DNA of 64,000 bases from a virus (lineage: Duplodnaviria > Heunggongvirae > Uroviricota > Caudoviricetes), in the IMG/VR virus record IMGVR_UViG_3300031088_000819; one strand, 5' to 3'. The notes below the pieces were generated by a model that was not told where the DNA came from, did no database searches, and worked only from the letters and a program-made list of their open reading frames with translations. Shown here one piece after another: positions 61,719-64,000 of the stretch (position 1 is its first letter; each line of letters starts with the position of its first letter). The translations under genes and the position numbers were made by a program.

Positions 61719-63038
61719 ATGGACAACAGAAACCCAACCGAGAGCACTGCGCTACTCACCGACTTCTATGAGCTCACTATGAGCCTTGCCGCCCTCAATG
61801 CTGGCACAGCCCATCGACAGACAACCTTCGAGCTCTTCGCTCGCAAGCTGCCCGAAGGTCGTCGCTATGGCGTGGTTGCAGGCACCTCTCGGATGATTGA
61901 AGCCGTGGAGAACTTTCGATTCACGGAAGACCAGCTTTCCTACCTCTCCCGCCAGAAAGTGATTTCCCCTGAAATCCTCAATGAGCTCAAGAACTTCAGG
62001 TTCCGCGGCACAATCCACGCTTACCCAGATGGAGAGCTCTACTTCCCCTACTCTCCAGTCGTCACCGTGGAGGGCATTTTCCTTGAGTGCGTGCTCCTGG
62101 AGACACTTCTCCTCTCCATCTACAACCACGATTCGGCCATTGCTTCTGCTGCATCTCGCATGGTAGAGGCGACTCAAAACAAGTTCTCTCTCATTGAGAT
62201 GGGCTCTCGCCGCACCCACGAGGCCGCCGCAGTTGACGCTGCCCGCATTGCCTATGTGAACGGCTTTGGAAGCACCTCCAACGTGGAGGCAGGATTCCGC
62301 CACGGCATCCCCATTTCGGGCACTTCTGCCCACGCTTTCACTCTCTCCTTCGGTGACGAACGGGAAGCCTTCGCTGCCCAGGTGGCCGCTCTTGGCACAG
62401 CTACCACTCTTCTCGTGGACACCTACGACATTCCCCAGGGCATTCGCAACGCCATCGAAGTTGCGGGCCCTCAGCTCGGGGCAATCCGCATCGACTCGGG
62501 TGATCTCGTGGAGGAGACCTTTAGGGCCCGCGCTCTTCTCGATTCCCTGGGCGCCACCGAAACGAAGATCATCCTCTCCTCGGACATGGATGAGTATTCC
62601 CTCGACAGACTTCTGAAGGCAGGCGCTCCCGTGGGCGGCGCTGGCGTGGGAACTAGACTTGTCACTGGATCGGGCCACCCCACAGCGAGCATGGTCTACA
62701 AGCTGGTGGAACGGGAAGCCTCCAACGGCGAAATGGTCCCGGTGGCCAAGAAGGCAGAGGGCAAGAAGTCCATCGGTGGCCGCAAGTTCCCCTACCGAAC
62801 TGTGAGCGAAGATGGCGTCTACACTGCTGAAATCTTCCAGAATCGTGCAGAAAATGGCACCGAACCGGCCGGAAACGACATGGTGCACTTCCCCTCGAAG
62901 CCGCTGGAGCAGCTCGCTGAGCTCACCATCCAAGATGACCGAATCAATGCCCAGCGGAACCGCGACATGCTGCCTGAAGCTGTCAAAACTGTAGAGCCCG
63001 GTGAGAGCTATCTCGTAGCTCGCCCCCAGGGAGAGTGA
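61719..63038 (+). CDS. pncB: nicotinate phosphoribosyltransferase (actinobacterial PncB type)
   Basis: STALLTDFYELTM ... RRYGVVAGTSR ... FRF match the family-II NAPRTase N-terminus (LLTDxYELTM) and continue to match downstream. An alternative GTG start lies at 61686. Confidence 0.85.
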   Translation: MDNRNPTESTALLTDFYELTMSLAALNAGTAHRQTTFELFARKLPEGRRYGVVAGTSRMIEAVENFRFTEDQLSYLSRQKVISPEILNELKNFRFRGTIHAYPDGELYFPYSPVVTVEGIFLECVLLETLLLSIYNHDSAIASAASRMVEATQNKFSLIEMGSRRTHEAAAVDAARIAYVNGFGSTSNVEAGFRHGIPISGTSAHAFTLSFGDEREAFAAQVAALGTATTLLVDTYDIPQGIRNAIEVAGPQLGAIRIDSGDLVEETFRARALLDSLGATETKIILSSDMDEYSLDRLLKAGAPVGGAGVGTRLVTGSGHPTASMVYKLVEREASNGEMVPVAKKAEGKKSIGGRKFPYRTVSEDGVYTAEIFQNRAENGTEPAGNDMVHFPSKPLEQLAELTIQDDRINAQRNRDMLPEAVKTVEPGESYLVARPQGE

Positions 63039-63154
63039 ACTTACCATGAGCCCCGAAGCTATTCTTATGGCCCTATTGGGGACTATTGTTCTCATTGCGA
63101 GCTATGTAACCTGGCGGATTAGAGACCTTCCGCGGCTAAGGAAGGAGAAGAACA

Positions 63155-64000
63155 ATGACTCTCCAGATCAGCAATGACATTCCAGAGATCTTTCTTGAGA
63201 TCGCAAAGGAAGCCATTGGTCTAGGCTTCTCCGAAGTCTCCTTGGGCTTCATGTATATGGACTCGGACTTTGTAAGTCCCATTGAGTGGGCACTGTGGCT
63301 CCACAAACGCGAAAGCAAGTCTAGCGCTCGAGAGCACGTAGTACTCACCATGGGCCGAAGTGACGAAGAAGAGAAGCCTCAGGCATATATCCCAAGCGCC
63401 ACTGGCGACTACAGGGATAGCACCTATTGGGGTCCCGAGGGGGTCCGGCCCTGGATGAGAGAGCCACTGGAAGCCGAAGGCGAATATGTGGCCGCTTGGT
63501 CCCCAGTGATTGATCAGACGCTACGTGAAAGGCTCCTTGGCCACTGGGAACTTTTTGAGCTTGGGGTTCGGAATGGGTGGACCATGAAGCACAGAGTGCA
63601 CTGGGAAGACCTCCACAGCATCAACCGAACCCTGGAGACCATGGGCCAAACTACTGAGCTGACCCCAAGAAGATCTCTAGAGTGGTCCATTTCCAACAGT
63701 TTCTACAATATTGCTGGCCACCCAGATCACCATAGCACTGGCGCTGAAGTTTCCCTGATGAGCTTCGGCTCCATCGGCGAAACCGAGGGAGAGAACTACT
63801 CAGTTCCGCGGCTGAAAGACGGGGTTGCACATCTTGTAGCCATCGAGCGCGAACAGGTTGTGAAACTTCTGAGTTCTCCCCATCGCTGGTTTGTTCGGGT
63901 AGCCTACAATGACGAGGAAAATGAGCGTTGGCTCCACTATCCCGAGGCGCTCAAGCCCGCTAGTGATACAATAGATTTCAAAGGAGGAGAAGGACTATGA
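63155..64000 (+). CDS. hypothetical protein, 3' end outside the window
   Basis: SD AGGAAGGAG upstream. The ORF is still open at the window end. Confidence 0.5.
   Translation: MTLQISNDIPEIFLEIAKEAIGLGFSEVSLGFMYMDSDFVSPIEWALWLHKRESKSSAREHVVLTMGRSDEEEKPQAYIPSATGDYRDSTYWGPEGVRPWMREPLEAEGEYVAAWSPVIDQTLRERLLGHWELFELGVRNGWTMKHRVHWEDLHSINRTLETMGQTTELTPRRSLEWSISNSFYNIAGHPDHHSTGAEVSLMSFGSIGETEGENYSVPRLKDGVAHLVAIEREQVVKLLSSPHRWFVRVAYNDEENERWLHYPEALKPASDTIDFKGGEGL

Noticed and set aside
1-64000. tRNA, rRNA and CRISPR arrays
   Set aside because: No T-loop GGTTCGA-type motifs with matching acceptor stems were found in intergenic regions. There are no rRNA-like stretches and no regularly spaced direct repeats with unique spacers.

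Overview
GC-rich window (roughly 55-60% GC by eye) that is densely packed with about 100 mostly small ORFs. Almost all plausible genes are on the + strand. The long minus-strand ORFs in the track look like antisense artefacts of high third-position GC. There are no rRNA or tRNA genes, no CRISPR array and no housekeeping genes. The recognisable genes are accessory types commonly found in large phage or mobile-element genomes: RNase HI, dCMP deaminase, a MazG-like pyrophosphohydrolase, a 2H phosphoesterase, two AAA ATPases, a MoxR-like AAA gene next to a zincin+vWA gene, nicotinate phosphoribosyltransferase (actinobacterial PncB type), a TagD/NMNAT-fold cytidylyltransferase, a GT4 glycosyltransferase, a DUF262 (ParB-like) protein, a large TerD-domain protein, GNAT and methyltransferase-like proteins, and several membrane proteins and lipoproteins. 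The most likely interpretation is part of a large actinobacteriophage or prophage-like element. I did not recognise any capsid, portal or terminase gene, so a plasmid or genomic island cannot be excluded. Many genes carry a sigma70-like promoter (TTGMCA-N17-TATRRT) placed so that transcription starts at the ATG, i.e. leaderless mRNAs, often beginning ATGAACGCC. A second promoter class has a conserved CA-rich 5' leader (ACACCAACCAAACAC). Other notable features are a ~130 bp intergenic element present four times, a ~4.6 kb low-GC island (about 26.25-30.9 kb) with HTH proteins and a GIY-YIG-like protein carrying ~9-12 tandem zinc ribbons, a five-member paralog family sharing an N-terminal Cys-Cys-His module, and a probable frameshift in a TM2-domain gene at a C5 run.
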